A stretch of 58,920 bases of DNA, filler included. It is 8 parts of 8 records of this genome, joined end to end, with 100 filler letters (N's around TTAATTAATTAA, not from the genome) between each part and the next. Parts side by side here need not be neighbours in the genome. Positions count along the whole stretch, not along the records: positions 38,242 to 45,578 come from SRR31147125_35199; positions 45,679 to 52,779 come from SRR31147125_35272; positions 52,880 to 58,920 come from SRR31147125_35301; 5 more parts are not named here. One strand, 5' to 3'. The notes beneath the pieces were generated by a model. That model was not told where the DNA came from. It worked only from the letters and a program-made list of their open reading frames with translations, and searched no databases. The first letter of the stretch is position 1. Every line of letters starts with the position of its first letter. Shown here one piece after another: positions 40,834 to 53,045 of this stretch. The position numbers and the translations under genes are program-made.

Positions 40834-43134
40834 ATGGTCTATTTAAAACAGATATTACTTTTTTTAGTAGTTGGATTGCTTATTCTGGGTTGTAGCGAAG
40901 ATTTTCAGCAAAATTCAAAGTACGACAGACCAGAATGGCTTGAAGGAAAAGTCTATACACAAATAAAAGCAAATCCTTCCCTATCAACTTTTGCTGAATG
41001 CATAGAACAAGTAGGATACGATAGTATAATTAATATTTCTGGAAGTTATACCGTATTTGCACCAAATAACGATGCGTTTAGTGAATTTTTCCAGGAAAAT
41101 CCTTCTTATAGCTCGGTAACAGACATACCTAAAAATATTTTGTTGGATATTGTCAAATTTCACATAGTTCAAAATCCCTGGAGCAAAGAACAGCTAACCT
41201 CATTAGACGTTTATGGCTGGGTAGACACGCTCGACATAAACAACAATAAACCCAGAGGGTATAAAAGAGAAACACTTCTTAGATTAGAAGATCGGAATTA
41301 TGGAGTTGGGCTCAAGCCACGAAACGGATACACCATAGTTGACACATTGGAATCTAACTGGAATCGCCGGGTAGCAACAGACTCCAGAAAATATGCCCCC
41401 ATATTTTTCAAACAATACTTTGATATTTATGATTTAGACAAGAATGATTATGCCTTTTATTTCGACAGGCAGTTTGAATCGCCTACAGACATTTATTTTG
41501 CTGGAGGTAAAATTATTGGAGAAGAAACTTTTGCAGAAAATGGTTTTGTTTACGAAATAGATAAAGTGGTTTCTCCACTAAAAAACGCATTTGAGGTATT
41601 ATCAGACGATTCGAAAGGACAATCATACAGTAAGTTCTTTACGCTGGTAAATCAATTTCCTCAATTCACCTATAACGAAGAAAAAACATATGAGCAGGCA
41701 GGCGCTGATTTAGGTCTGGAAGTTGATTCTTTATTTGATTTAACCTACCCTCAGTTGGCGTTCGATATTACAAATGAAAAAACCAAACCGCCAACAGGCA
41801 CCTTTGGTTTACCCAGTAATGTTGCCATACGATACCACCATGGATTGGTAGCACCAACGGATGAAGCCTATAACCAAATGGTTAATGATTTTTTTGTGGG
41901 TCCCAATAGGTGGGGAAGTATTGAAGATGCCCCGGAGCACATTAAAAGAATTATTGCAAATACACATATGTCTTCAAACCCTATTTATCTTACTGACTTA
42001 AGTCAAGGTTTTTATAATGGAGAAAGGGATGTTGTGTATGTTAATGAAGACGAAGTTATACATAAAGAATACGGTAGCAACTGTACATTTATTGGCGTTA
42101 ATAAGGCTATTGTACCCAGGGCATTTAAAAGTGTCACAGGCCCAATTTACCTTCAAAGTGGTTATTCACGGGCAATGTATGCTATTGAAGAATCCGGGCT
42201 GTTATCTGCTCTTAAAAGGCAAGATGAAGAATATCTGCTTTTTGTAGAATCTGATGCAAATTTGGCCATTGATTCTTCTCTTTATTACAATTCATCAGAT
42301 GGCTCATTCTCTGCATATGAAACAACGAGTGCAAATCCTCAAGAGTATCCACTTTCAACAAGCGATTTAAGAACATTAATTCTTAATCATGTTGGTTTAT
42401 CCCTACCCAAAGGCGTTGCAAAGAAAGAATTTATAAAAAATCTTGCTGGCAACTTCTTAACATTTAACAATGTAACGGGTGAGGTAAGTGGAACGGGGGC
42501 AACAAAGTTTGGCTATAGGGGAAATATTGATGACCCAAACTTCCCAACTCAAATTAGTATTGATGCCGATAATGGAATTACCTATAGTATTGATAATTGG
42601 TTCAGTTTTACTGCATCAACAATATTTAATAAAATATCAACTTCATACACGCAGTTTCATAGTTTATTAGGAAAAGCCGGATTGGCAAATCAATTTGCCT
42701 ATAATTTTATTTCCGACAATGAATTTTATACAGTTTTTGCACCAACAAACGCAGCGCTTTCCGCGTCAGGAGCAGATACTTTAGCTACCGATGAGTTAAG
42801 AAAATTCCTGCTCATGCACTTCATCCAGGGAGAGATTATTTTTACTGATGGGAATTTGTCTTCAGGGTATTACGAAACTGTAAGACGCGATGAAAAATCC
42901 ACAAATTTTACTACTGTATATACGAAGGTCTATATAGAAACAGGTATTGATATAATTAATATCCCCGACAAGTCAGGAAATGATTTTTTAACAGTAAACG
43001 AATCTGAAACCGCAAATTTTCTAACAGGACGAAATTTAGGGGATGGTACCGAAGCAATCTTGAACATTGTGAACAATGCTGTTATACATGAAATTGATAA
43101 AGCATTTTCTTTTGAAGAAATGGATACTAACTAG
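40834..43134 (+). CDS. Multi-fasciclin (FAS1) domain lipoprotein
   Basis: Lipobox ILGC and FAS1 motifs YTVFAPNNDAF, NGFVYEIDKV, VAPTDEA, YTVFAPTNAA and VIHEIDK. Confidence 0.88.
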   Translation: MVYLKQILLFLVVGLLILGCSEDFQQNSKYDRPEWLEGKVYTQIKANPSLSTFAECIEQVGYDSIINISGSYTVFAPNNDAFSEFFQENPSYSSVTDIPKNILLDIVKFHIVQNPWSKEQLTSLDVYGWVDTLDINNNKPRGYKRETLLRLEDRNYGVGLKPRNGYTIVDTLESNWNRRVATDSRKYAPIFFKQYFDIYDLDKNDYAFYFDRQFESPTDIYFAGGKIIGEETFAENGFVYEIDKVVSPLKNAFEVLSDDSKGQSYSKFFTLVNQFPQFTYNEEKTYEQAGADLGLEVDSLFDLTYPQLAFDITNEKTKPPTGTFGLPSNVAIRYHHGLVAPTDEAYNQMVNDFFVGPNRWGSIEDAPEHIKRIIANTHMSSNPIYLTDLSQGFYNGERDVVYVNEDEVIHKEYGSNCTFIGVNKAIVPRAFKSVTGPIYLQSGYSRAMYAIEESGLLSALKRQDEEYLLFVESDANLAIDSSLYYNSSDGSFSAYETTSANPQEYPLSTSDLRTLILNHVGLSLPKGVAKKEFIKNLAGNFLTFNNVTGEVSGTGATKFGYRGNIDDPNFPTQISIDADNGITYSIDNWFSFTASTIFNKISTSYTQFHSLLGKAGLANQFAYNFISDNEFYTVFAPTNAALSASGADTLATDELRKFLLMHFIQGEIIFTDGNLSSGYYETVRRDEKSTNFTTVYTKVYIETGIDIINIPDKSGNDFLTVNESETANFLTGRNLGDGTEAILNIVNNAVIHEIDKAFSFEEMDTN

Positions 43135-43152
43135 GAAAAAACTAACGTTGAA

Positions 43153-45578
43153 ATGAAATATATTTTAAAAATAGTAATCTTAATCCTTGCTTTGTTCAGC
43201 TTTCTAAATGCGGAAGCCCAACGTAGCACAATTTTAAGAGGACGTATTCTAGATAAAAGCGACAAAACACCCCTAATTGGCGCCAATGTAATTGAATACG
43301 ATAAAGATAACCGTGTTGTTAATGGCGCTATAGCCAATATTAACGGAGACTTTGTTTTAGAATTGAAAGACATTGCCAATGTTGTTAAGGTAAGTATGAT
43401 TGGTTATAAAACATTGGAAGTAAAACCCGATTTCAGTAAACCCATGACTATTATACTTGAATCTTCTACTGTTGAATCTGAAGAAGTTGTTGTTACGGCA
43501 ATAGCAAAATCAAATTCACGGTTAACCAATGTTGACGACAGGGACAATGCATCTTCAACCGTTGTTGTAGACTTAATGGAGATGAGGGATGCAGGTGTTA
43601 TTTCTGCAGCCGATGCCCTGCAAGGTAAAGTAACAGGATTAGATATTATTAGCTCATCCGGAGACCCGGGTTCTGGATCTCAGCTTGTTATTAGGGGGCT
43701 TAGTTCAATGGGAAACAATAAACCTTTAATTGTTATTGATGGTATCCCACAAATGAATGTCGCCGACGATTTCGATTTAAGTTCTGCCGACCAGGAAGAT
43801 ATCAGTAACCTTATAAATATTGCACTTCAGGATATAAAATCAATTGAGATTCTCAAAGATGCAGCTTCAACTGCCATTTATGGTTCCAGAGGTGCCGATG
43901 GTGTATTATTAATTGAAACGCGCAAAGGCCGTCTCGGTAAAGTTCAATTCGACTATCAGTATAAAAATAGTTTTAACTTCCAACCTCCGGCAATTCCTAT
44001 GCTTAATGGCGACGAATACATTATGCTGCAATTAGAAGAATGGCACAATAGCTATGGTGTTTTCGATATTCCACCAGAAATCGCTTATGATAGAGATTTT
44101 GTTGATTTTCATAATTATTCCGCTAATACTGATTGGATTGGGGCTATAACACAAAACTCTGTTACTCACGATCATTATTTCAGTATAAATGGAGGAGGTG
44201 AAAAAACAAGGTATTTTACTTCTTTCGGATATGTTGATGAAGGGGGAACAACGATTAATACAGGGGCGCAAAGATTCTCTACAAGGGTAAATTTGGATTA
44301 CTACCTATCAAGAAAATTTGTGTTTAGTGTTGAATTTAGCTATACAAACAATAAAAGAGACGGAAACATTGAACTTGACGATGGAGATGGAGATAACGAT
44401 GATAGAAACGTAAGGGAAATGGCTTATATAAAAGCTCCTAACATGAGTGTTTGGGAACATGATGCGTATGGCCAACTTACGGGTGAGTATTTTACACCTA
44501 TAAACAGCTATCAAGGCAGTGGTACTTTGTATTGGAACCCTGTTGCCGTGGCAAACCTTGGAAAAAATGATAAGGTTGAAAACGATTTAAAAAACACGTT
44601 CAGAATACGCTACAATTTAAAAGAGTGGCTAACATTTAGAGAGACAATTTCGTTCCAGTTTGGCGGAAGTAAATCTGAAAATTATTTACCGTACAATGCA
44701 TTAGGGACTGACTGGCTTGAATGGACTGTAAACAAAGCTGAAGAAAGTAATAACAACAGCACATCAATTAGAACAGAATCACAAATTGCCTTCGACACAC
44801 CATTCTCGACCGAAAGACATGTGCTTTCCGGCGCTTTAAGCTGGATTACAAATCAATCAGGTTATGAATGGATGAACCTACAAAGCAATAAATTGCCCAG
44901 TACAGATATTCAGGATCCTTCAATTAATGGTCAAATTAACTGGATTGGTAACGGATCGGGAGAAACACGTTCGCTAGGTGGTATTGTTAACCTTAATTAC
45001 AAATTTAAGGACCGGTATATGCTCCAAACCAATATAAGAGCAGACGCCCACTCATCTTTTGGTGAAAATTACAGATGGGGATTATTCAAAGGTCTATCAA
45101 TTGGTTGGCGTTTTTCCCATGAGCCATTTTTCCAAAGAATACCATTTTTAGGAGAAAGTAAGCTTCGCGCCAGTTGGGGAGTTACCGGAAGGCAACCCGG
45201 TGATGCATACGCACGATTTGCCACTTACAACTCAATAGGAAACGGTAATTACTACATTAATCCTGCTATTGGTCCTACACAAATTCAATTAAATAACCTG
45301 CAATGGGAATCCGTATCTTCAATTGATGTGGGTATTGAATTAAACCTGTTTAATGACAAAGTTTATTTTGAGGCCGATTATTATGAAAAAGTAACAGATG
45401 ATTTACTTTTTGGAGGAACTGATGCTGAAGATTATTATAAAATTCCAACTTCATCAGGTTACGATGGCTTAAAATTTTTTAATGGGGGCCAACTGGAAAA
45501 TATTGGTTGGGAGTTAATGTTCGATTATAAAATACTGCGAAGAGATAATTGGAGATGGTCTGTAAATTTTAACACATC
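43153..45578 (+). CDS. SusC/RagA TonB-dependent outer-membrane transporter (3' truncated)
   Basis: PLIGANV, ALQGKVTGL, PLIVIDG, DIKSIEILKDAASTAIYGSRGADGV, KLRASWG and LQWE. Confidence 0.95.
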
Positions 45579-45678
45579 NNNNNNNNNNNNNNNNNNNNNN
45601 NNNNNNNNNNNNNNNNNNNNNNTTAATTAATTAANNNNNNNNNNNNNNNNNNNNNNNNNNNNNNNNNNNNNNNNNNNN

Positions 45679-48091
45679 GATGCAGCTCGTTCAACTGAGA
45701 TAGAACGATTGACATCTGAGGTTTCCTCTCTTCGATCTAAACTCGAGCAAAGCAATCACACCCACACGACTGAGGTGAATCGCTTCGTTTCTGAGATTTG
45801 TACTTTGCAAGAGGAGCGTCGCAATCTTATGGAACGGCTTGATGCATCTGAGGAAGGACAATATACATTATCGACGACGAAGAAGGCCCTGGAAGTGGAA
45901 TGTGATGATCTGGAGGGCCGAATCGCCGAACTTGTGTCTTCTGCGGATAAACAGGCCGTACAACTCCTGGAGGCACGTAAGCGGCTAGAAGAACAAGAAG
46001 AGTGCAACGTTATGTTGAAGAAAGAACTGGAGGATGTCCAACGTGGAAGTGAAGGCCTCCGAGGAGAACTTTTTCAGAAGTTTGAGGAGGAGAAGCAGAC
46101 CTTTCGCCAAAAGGCGATCACCAAGGTACGAGAGGTCAAAGAGCAACTACGTGGGGAGATAGACACGCTGCGAGGCGAGCTTGAGAACGTGAAAGCAGAA
46201 CGGACGACTCTCCAGGCCCGTGTGGGGGTACTTGAACAGGAGGCATCAGACCAATCAAGTTCTCATCTGCAAGCCAAGATTGACTCTCTAGAGCACGAGC
46301 AACAGTCCAACCAAATGGATCTGAAGGCTGTACATGAAGCACGCGTGAAATTAGAGGAGGAACTAGCTTGTGTGAGACAAGATATGGCTGGAAAGCTTGA
46401 TCGTGCTGAGCAACGTGTAACAGCCCTTGAAACTGAGAAGACGCACCTTGTGGAAGAGAGGGACCAATTGCTCGTTCGTTTTGAAGACGAGAAACAAGCC
46501 TTCAAGACCAAGGCCATTTCGAAAGTGAAGGAAGTACGTGACCAGAAGAATGCAGAAATAGAATCCCTGGTCAAGGAATTGAAGGAGGCCAAAGCTCTGG
46601 TTGAAGAGACGCGCGTGAGAATGAGTGATGAAGCGGAAACAAGGCTTCATGCGTTGCAAAGTGATCTGGAAGCAACACGAAGTAATGAAGAGGCTACACT
46701 GGATGAACTAGTGCATGAACGTGGCATCCGCCAGGAACTCGAGGCCAAAATGGAACGTCTTGAAAAGGCAGAAGAACGAGCAGCGTGTGTGGATGCCAAG
46801 GCGCGGGCCCTTGCACGGGATTTGGAGGTTCTACGTGAGGGGGTGGAGACTAGGGTGGGAGAGGCACGCCAAGCCAAGGAAGAAACGGAAAAGGAAGCAC
46901 AACAACTCCGTGAACGCATCACTGAGCTTGAAAGCGAAGTTTCCCGTCTACAAGAAACAACTTCAGATCTTGAGGCGCATGTAAACCACGTAGAGGAGCA
47001 GCTGGGTGCACGAACAGAGATTGTGACAGTGGATGTGGCCACGCAAAAGGAAGATGGAATCAGGAAGGAGGAGGAAGACTACGTTAAGACACTGGAGGCC
47101 CAAATCGTATCGGTGCGAAATGATCGCGACAGAAACGTGTATGACCTGCAAAATTCGTTGGAGACTCTTGAGAAAAGCCAAGAGACCATTCTTGTTGAGA
47201 AGAGTGCTCTTTTGGAGCAAATGGGCCAACTGAAGGAGGAGAAGCGCACGACAGAAGAAGCACTTGAGACACTTCGTGCTCGTTTTGAAGCAACGATGAA
47301 GGAAATGGCGACGTTGCGAGAGCATGTGGCACAGAGTCAACATGATGCAGGAAGACAGGAAACGGAGGTTGCTGTACGAGATGCCCAGCGGCTGGAAGCA
47401 TCACGATGGAGAATCGAAAAGGAACGGCTTCTCACGGAGTGGAAAGCAGAACGCGACAAGAGGACCACAGATATTGAATCACTTGTTGCACAATTGCGAG
47501 AACTGCGAAAAGAGTATTACAAGGTTGCCGAGCGGGAAGAAACGCTTCGAGCATTGGCAATTCGGGTGGATACAGGTATCGTTCCTCTTATGGGATGCAT
47601 GATCACCGTTCAACTAACTCGTTGTCTGTCGCTGTGTAGACATGAGGGCTTTACAACAGGAAAAGCATGAAATCCTTCGTTTTCTCCCTGCTGAACAAGT
47701 GCAGAAAATTATGAACCGTGTACAAGCCATGGGACGGGTACGTGGGTACTTGTGTTGCCCCTGTAGGTCCATGGTTCATGGATCCCTTTGCAAAGACATC
47801 CGGCAGTCTTTCCTCTTCCTCTCTCCCTTCTATGCTTTCCACTCCTCTACCCACGAGCACTCGTGCGTTGGTTCCTCCCCTATCTTGTATTCCCACTGAG
47901 AAGTGTCTGGGATCAAAGGTACCCTAACCGCTCGGACGGAACCGCGTCAAGAAAACAGACGCATTGGGTCTGGTCGCAACTCTGGTTCTAGTGCAAGACC
48001 TCTCACGCCCCTGTGTCCTTCACGCCTTCGACAAGAAATTCTTCATCCTCCCACCCCACAGAGATCATTGTTACGAAAATACCTGATGTGA
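45679..48091 (+). CDS. Eukaryotic long coiled-coil protein, multi-exon, 5' partial (3' end uncertain)
   Basis: More than 620 codons of E/K/L/Q-rich heptads. Intron 47576-47639 (GT...ACTAAC...TAG) restores the frame into MRALQQEKHE. Confidence 0.75.
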
Positions 48092-48424
48092 TGTTTGTTG
48101 CAAAGATTTAGCTATCATATCCGAAAGCTCATTATGGAGGATTGTTGTATCGTATGTACAAGAACACCGTGTGCGCATGATGGCGAACCTACTTAAGGGT
48201 GTTCGAATTAATGAACATCAGTACCCTTTCTTTTTTCCTGATCTTGCGTGTGCCTCGTGTACTGTGCACTCAGGGCTCACGCATCTCTTCCTTTCACCCT
48301 ACAGGCAGCGAGTGGTCTGAACACATAGTGGACATTGGAACTCCATTGGACATTGGAACCCCCTTCATTTTTCTTCCTTCATTCCTCCCACGGACGCTTC
48401 CCGCTGGGCGTCTGTGTGGGCGCC

Positions 48425-51400
48425 ATGCCTAGCATGGCGTTAGTAACCTTTGTGTGGGTTGTCACCATGATGGTGATGGTTGTGGGTCTCCCCCAGGTGA
48501 TGAGGGTTTAGGACCACCCCCAACTTCTCACGACGAGAGCGTGTTTGTCCCCGTACGTTTTGTGGAAGGGGGAGGCAGGGGGAACCTTGTTCACACTACT
48601 TTTGTGTACAGAACTCCTTTACAGAACCCAAGGGGGTGTGTGTTGAACTGACTCCCGTACAAGACGAGCAACTAATGGATGCAGCCGGAGCAGGTGCGGT
48701 GGCGAGTACCCTCTTCTCTCTCCTCTCTGCTCACGTACACACAGTGGGCTGGGCCCAGAAGAAAGTTCCACAAGGTGTTGGGTGGAAGCCATGGTCACTC
48801 AAGGACGCCGGTCAGCCGGGGAGTCCTCCCGGGGGTCCCCCACCCCCATATCCTCTACCTGCTCAACCCATGAAGCCACCGCAAAAGCCTAGCGGACCAC
48901 AACCGGAGCCAGCCGCACCCGCAGCCGCACCCGCACCCCAGGTCCCCCTCCAGCCCCCGTGGCACAACGTCCGCAAGGGGACTGTTTCAACAGTGTCCTC
49001 TTCTATCGCATGGCTACGGCCCAGTGGTTGGATACGCATGCACGGTTTTATCCTCCTCGTACACACAAACTGGACCGCGGGGTGATGGTGTTCGAGGAAG
49101 GAGAGGCCGACAATGAGAAGTTGTTTGAAGTGCCTCTCCTACCTGCCCATCGTCTCTGTGAACTGAGAAGCCATTACGTCAAGCTACGTGTTTCCAAACG
49201 ACCTACAGCTCCTGCAGGAGGAAAGTTCTTTATTGGCCTGTCGGATGGGAAATCATTCGTTGGCTTTGCGCGGACGGATGACGGAACGTTTGTGGTGGGA
49301 CGTCCGTTGGCTGCAACAGACGGAGATCAACTCTCCGAGGCGGACTGGGGTCATCCCATGGGGAGTTTTCCGATGCACCCCTTCACATTTGACCTCTTTG
49401 TGGTGCTGGGAGATCGTACGACGGTCTTTGTACGCGTCGACGATGCTATTACGCCTGTGGTGTGGACATCTCCCCTCCAGTTGGCCTGTGAGCGACCTCT
49501 TAAGTTGGAGGTGTTTGCCAATGCTGCAGCAGAGCGTTATCAGCTTTATTTCATCGAAATCTCCGTGCGCAAGGACGGTCTCTACAATCATCTCCTCACA
49601 TCAGACTTCCTGATGCAAAACGACAAGGTCTTACTCTATGGAGAAACCAATTTATGGGACGACCTTCTTGCCATCCGACCTCGCGAGGATCACGCTAAAC
49701 TCTTCCAAGTACCGTTTGTCCCTCAGGGATTCTTGACCAACAGAGGTCCCTACTCTGTTCGCATGAGTGTGGCGGCCAAGTCCTTTACGACTGATCTTGA
49801 TGACATCTACTTTGGTCTATCTGACTTTGACTGCGAGAATCCTGCCCCTGGCCACGTTCTTGGCTTTGAACGTAGTGTCAACAAAGCTACTGTAGGCAAT
49901 GTGTTTACGGCCACCGATGTGGGGAAGCGATTTGAAGAGCGTAAGAATCAGACCGAAGCGGGCGCTCCCCTTCGTCGGCATATTTCCTTCGAGGAGTATG
50001 TGACAGTTGACGGTGGACAGACGATCGTATCCGGCCGCGTGGGTGATATTGTGCGACCGGGAGCCTACTCGGTTCCTCCCGAGCGACAACTGGACGCCAC
50101 CAAGGCAGTCAACTTTGTTGCCTTCTCGGATTTCGCTAGTGAGCGTGTGGGAATCTATGGGATCGAATTGGAGCTTCTGACGGAAGGTCTCAATGCACCT
50201 TGCTACTGGCATCGTCACATGACGGCAGAGTGGCTGGATCTCAATGCGAACTTCATGTCGTCTCGCCTTCGCCGGACCATTGATTCACGTATTGATATCA
50301 TGGTCAACGTACCAGACGAGCTCATTGGACGGTGGAAGATGTGTCAGAAGAGTATCCTCGAGGCAGGTGGCCAAGTGGATTCGCTTAAGCTTATGCTTTT
50401 CCCCGAGATTTATGATCCTGACTATACGCCCCCACCCTCCCCGACTCCCTCCTCCAGCCCTCCTCCCTCCTCGTCGCCAACGCGTTCCCCACCTCCAAGA
50501 CCCCCTCCACGGAGGCATCGCCCCCGGATTGCCCGAGCGGCACCTGTTCGTCGTCCACGACGACGTGTCCACCCATGGGCATGGTTGTTCCCGTGGTTAC
50601 GCCGAGGCGAAGTGGTTCCCGCGGATGTTCTTGCGGCACAGTCCAACGTCACCATGAATGAAGAAGACGCGGCCAAGCAGGAGGAAGGAGAAGGGGCCCT
50701 CTCCTCAGCAGCTTTCATTCAACTCACTTCTGTGGAGGCGGAGGAGACGGGGGAGGCAGAGACGGAGACGGAGACGGAGACGGAGGCGGAGGGACTGATG
50801 TCTGAAAACGACGACCCATCTATGGTCGCTCATGCACAAATGGGACTTGCATCTGTACCCGTACCTACTCTTGCTCCTAGTCCCACTCCAAATCTGGCTG
50901 GACAGTTGGAGAATATTGCAAGACAAGCCCGAGGAGCTGCTGACGAGGCCAATGATCAACATGGATCCCTGAAGGGGGTTCAAGCCAAGGTGGACGACAT
51001 ATCGGCCGCGATGCGTGATGCCCTTCCTCTGCTTCATCGTCTTCAAGATTTGGTTCCCGGTCAGGACTTTGTTTCGGCCAACCCTCCCGTTACCCTTCCG
51101 GTTAGCCCTTCCCCCCGTCCGAGCTTTGTGCGACGCGCGCGACGCCCTCCTGCACGGTCTCCGTCCCCTTCTCCCAGTCCCGTCATGGAACTTACAGGTG
51201 CGGTCTCCTTGGTCCATGTGATGATGGTCCGTGTACTCATGAAGTCCCCCCCCTGCACATTGATTTAGACGGGACCGATCTTCTCCTCAGTCACTTCCTT
51301 GGTGGAGCTCCTGGGACATCTGCCATGAAAGGACTTACAAAGGATGGAGAGGTACAATGAATTCGTGTCTGGGTTCCGGTTGGATGGATTGACCTGTTTG

Positions 51401-52577
51401 TCTTGATACCAGGTGTGGAGCATGCGAGATCAGGCGGGTACTGCATCCTACGGACTTGGTGTTGATTGTCCGGGTAACTATGCCAAAAATGCGGTACGGT
51501 CATCCACCATTCCCCTCCTCCCTCTTAGACATTCCTAGGTCCGATTTCGTATGCCCAACGGATCCGAAAAGACCTTCGAGTTGTCCATTGGAATGCATCC
51601 CTACCAAAGGGTGACATTCTATTTGGACAAATTCCGAAAGGAGTACTCTGATCCTGATATCTCGTCATTTTCGGTATGTTAAGATGGGGAGAGGTGACGA
51701 TTTCTGATTCCATTCCTCCCAGGCGTGGGCTGGTCTTGATCTCGGATCCAATGGAAATGGTCCCACGACATTCAATGTGTATGTAGACGGTATACGCAGG
51801 AGAAGTGTGAACATCGACCGTGGAGGGCGTGCTCGTGAGATTACTGTCAACCTTCGAGGTGCCAAGCAGCTTGTGTTGGAGACCAAGTGGTACCGAGTTC
51901 TGCGGGCCAACCACGCTGCCTGGGGCGATCCCAGGTTACATCGCCTGGAGCCCTCTCCGCGATCGTATCCCAATCACCCCGACATGCTGGATATTGAGGG
52001 GGTATGTCAAAAGATTCTGGAGCCCTTTGTCCCCGCTCTTCGCCAGAGACGAGGGGAGAAGCTTCTGGAAGCCCCCATTGATATGGAACCTGGCTTCTGC
52101 AATGGACAAGAGTGTATGCTTCGTGTCGCTGTTTCGTATGCCCCTCTCGTCCTGGAAACCTCTCTGATGATCGGCATATCGGACGGCTCCAACGTTGTGG
52201 GATTCCATCGCGCCGATGCACCCATTGATGGTCATATTGGGGCACCGTTTGCGTGTCGTGACGGGGGTGCGTGCACGAATCCCACATATGGTCCCCAAGG
52301 AGGCGAAACGGACCTTCTTCACGGATTTGTCGAATTCTTCCTTCTTCTTGGGAAGAAGAACACAAGTCTCTATGCGAACGTGAATCCTCTCATCAAGCCA
52401 GCCGTCTGGGTCGATGCTCCTGCACTGAACCTGGCCTCCAACTCCCTGAAGGTCGTTGTGTTTGCTGATCACGCCTTCGAGAGCTTTGGGCTCTACTATA
52501 TTGATGTATCTGTTGTGCGTCAAGGAATGCGCCTCTGGAAGAAGAGTGGACGGCAACAAGGGTTACTGGGGCCATGA
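48425..52577 (+). CDS. Large secreted eukaryotic protein with three copies of an unnamed ~200-aa beta-rich domain, Pro-rich linkers, a short coiled coil and an NPCBM/NEW2 carbohydrate-binding module
   Basis: Hydrophobic N-terminus MPSMALVTFVWVVTMMVMVVG. GT-AG introns 51198-51268, 51352-51412, 51494-51538 and 51674-51722 join the 769-aa and 266-aa ORFs in frame. The 5' part needs two indel corrections at C-runs. Confidence 0.72.
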
Positions 52578-52920
52578 GAGTGTGAAAGAAAGAAAGAAAG
52601 AAAGATTGTGTTGTTTCATTCTCCACTCGTGCCTTGTCTGTTCGTCCCACGTTCCCACCACTCGGCCACGACGGCCTGGTTCCATGTCCCGTCACCGACA
52701 CTTACGCCACTATGGCGTATACGATGACGGTACGCCTTGTGGCGTGGGGGGAGGAGGAAGAGGAGGAAGAGGAAGAGGANNNNNNNNNNNNNNNNNNNNN
52801 NNNNNNNNNNNNNNNNNNNNNNNTTAATTAATTAANNNNNNNNNNNNNNNNNNNNNNNNNNNNNNNNNNNNNNNNNNNNCTCGACGGTCTGCTAACTCAA
52901 AGGGTTTTTAGATACTCTGT

Positions 52921-52948
52921 ACGTCACTTACTTAAGTGGCGTTTTTTT
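52921..52948 (+). terminator. Rho-independent terminator of an upstream gene off the contig
   Basis: ACGTCACTT-ACTT-AAGTGGCGT followed by a T-run. Confidence 0.75.
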
Positions 52949-53000
52949 ATAAGCTGAAAATAACAGGATTTAAACAAAATAGGTAATTAGGAAAAAAGTA

Positions 53001-53029
53001 TTGACATTATTGTTAACCTAGTATACAAT
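53001..53029 (+). promoter_or_regulatory. SigA promoter with an overlapping putative MarR operator
   Basis: TTGACA-N17-TACAAT, with GTTAAC-CTA-GTATAC (53012-53026) in the spacer and -10. Confidence 0.8.
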
Positions 53030-53045
53030 AATTTTGAGGTAAGGT

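Noticed and set aside
50745-50790. GAGACG tandem repeat, plus the (GAG/GAA)n tract at the contig end near 52750
   Set aside because: Simple low-complexity repeats (an ET linker and a microsatellite), not CRISPR or mobile-element repeats.
52880-52920. Possible 3' end of a structural RNA gene before the terminator
   Set aside because: No recognisable tRNA, tmRNA, SRP or 6S signature in the 40 nt available.
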